This document shows, piece after piece, positions 58,869-64,000 of a DNA stretch of 64,000 nucleotides. Source of the DNA: the human T2T-CHM13v2.0 reference genome, Homo sapiens; NCBI RefSeq assembly GCF_009914755.1, contig NC_060925.1; one strand, 5' to 3'. A program made the translations under genes and the position numbers. Below the pieces are notes generated by a model. It saw nothing but the letters and a program-made list of their open reading frames with translations, was not told the DNA's origin and made no database searches. Positions within the stretch are counted from its first letter, which is position 1. The number at the start of each line of letters is the position of its first letter.

Positions 58869-64000
<5,132 letters not shown>

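Overview
This is human-type genomic DNA, recognisable as the PARK7-ERRFI1 locus (1p36.23), identified from exact protein matches. The + strand carries the last two coding exons and the 3' end of PARK7/DJ-1 (6592-6678 and 13833-13993). About 26 kb of repeat-saturated intergenic DNA follows (Alu, L1, MaLR LTRs, a ~620-nt CAC/CAT array and a 340-nt pure-pyrimidine tract). The complete four-exon ERRFI1/MIG6 gene lies on the - strand (about 55236 to about 40660; CDS 125+77+1187 nt = 462 aa + stop), with a CpG island, a TATA/CCAAT/GC promoter and a G-rich 10-bp minisatellite just upstream. A Y1 RNA retropseudogene sits antisense in PARK7 intron 6. Almost every entry in the ORF track is an Alu or simple-repeat artefact. 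I see no new multi-gene system. The most interesting under-described signals concern ERRFI1 control: four upstream AUGs including a splice-assembled uORF and one overlapping the main start; alternative splice sites that would give N-terminus-only micro-isoforms; and a G4-competent VNTR at the divergent promoter. Several readable retrotransposition or template-switch scars are also present. Repeat coordinates are approximate (about +/-15 nt) and subfamily calls are by eye.
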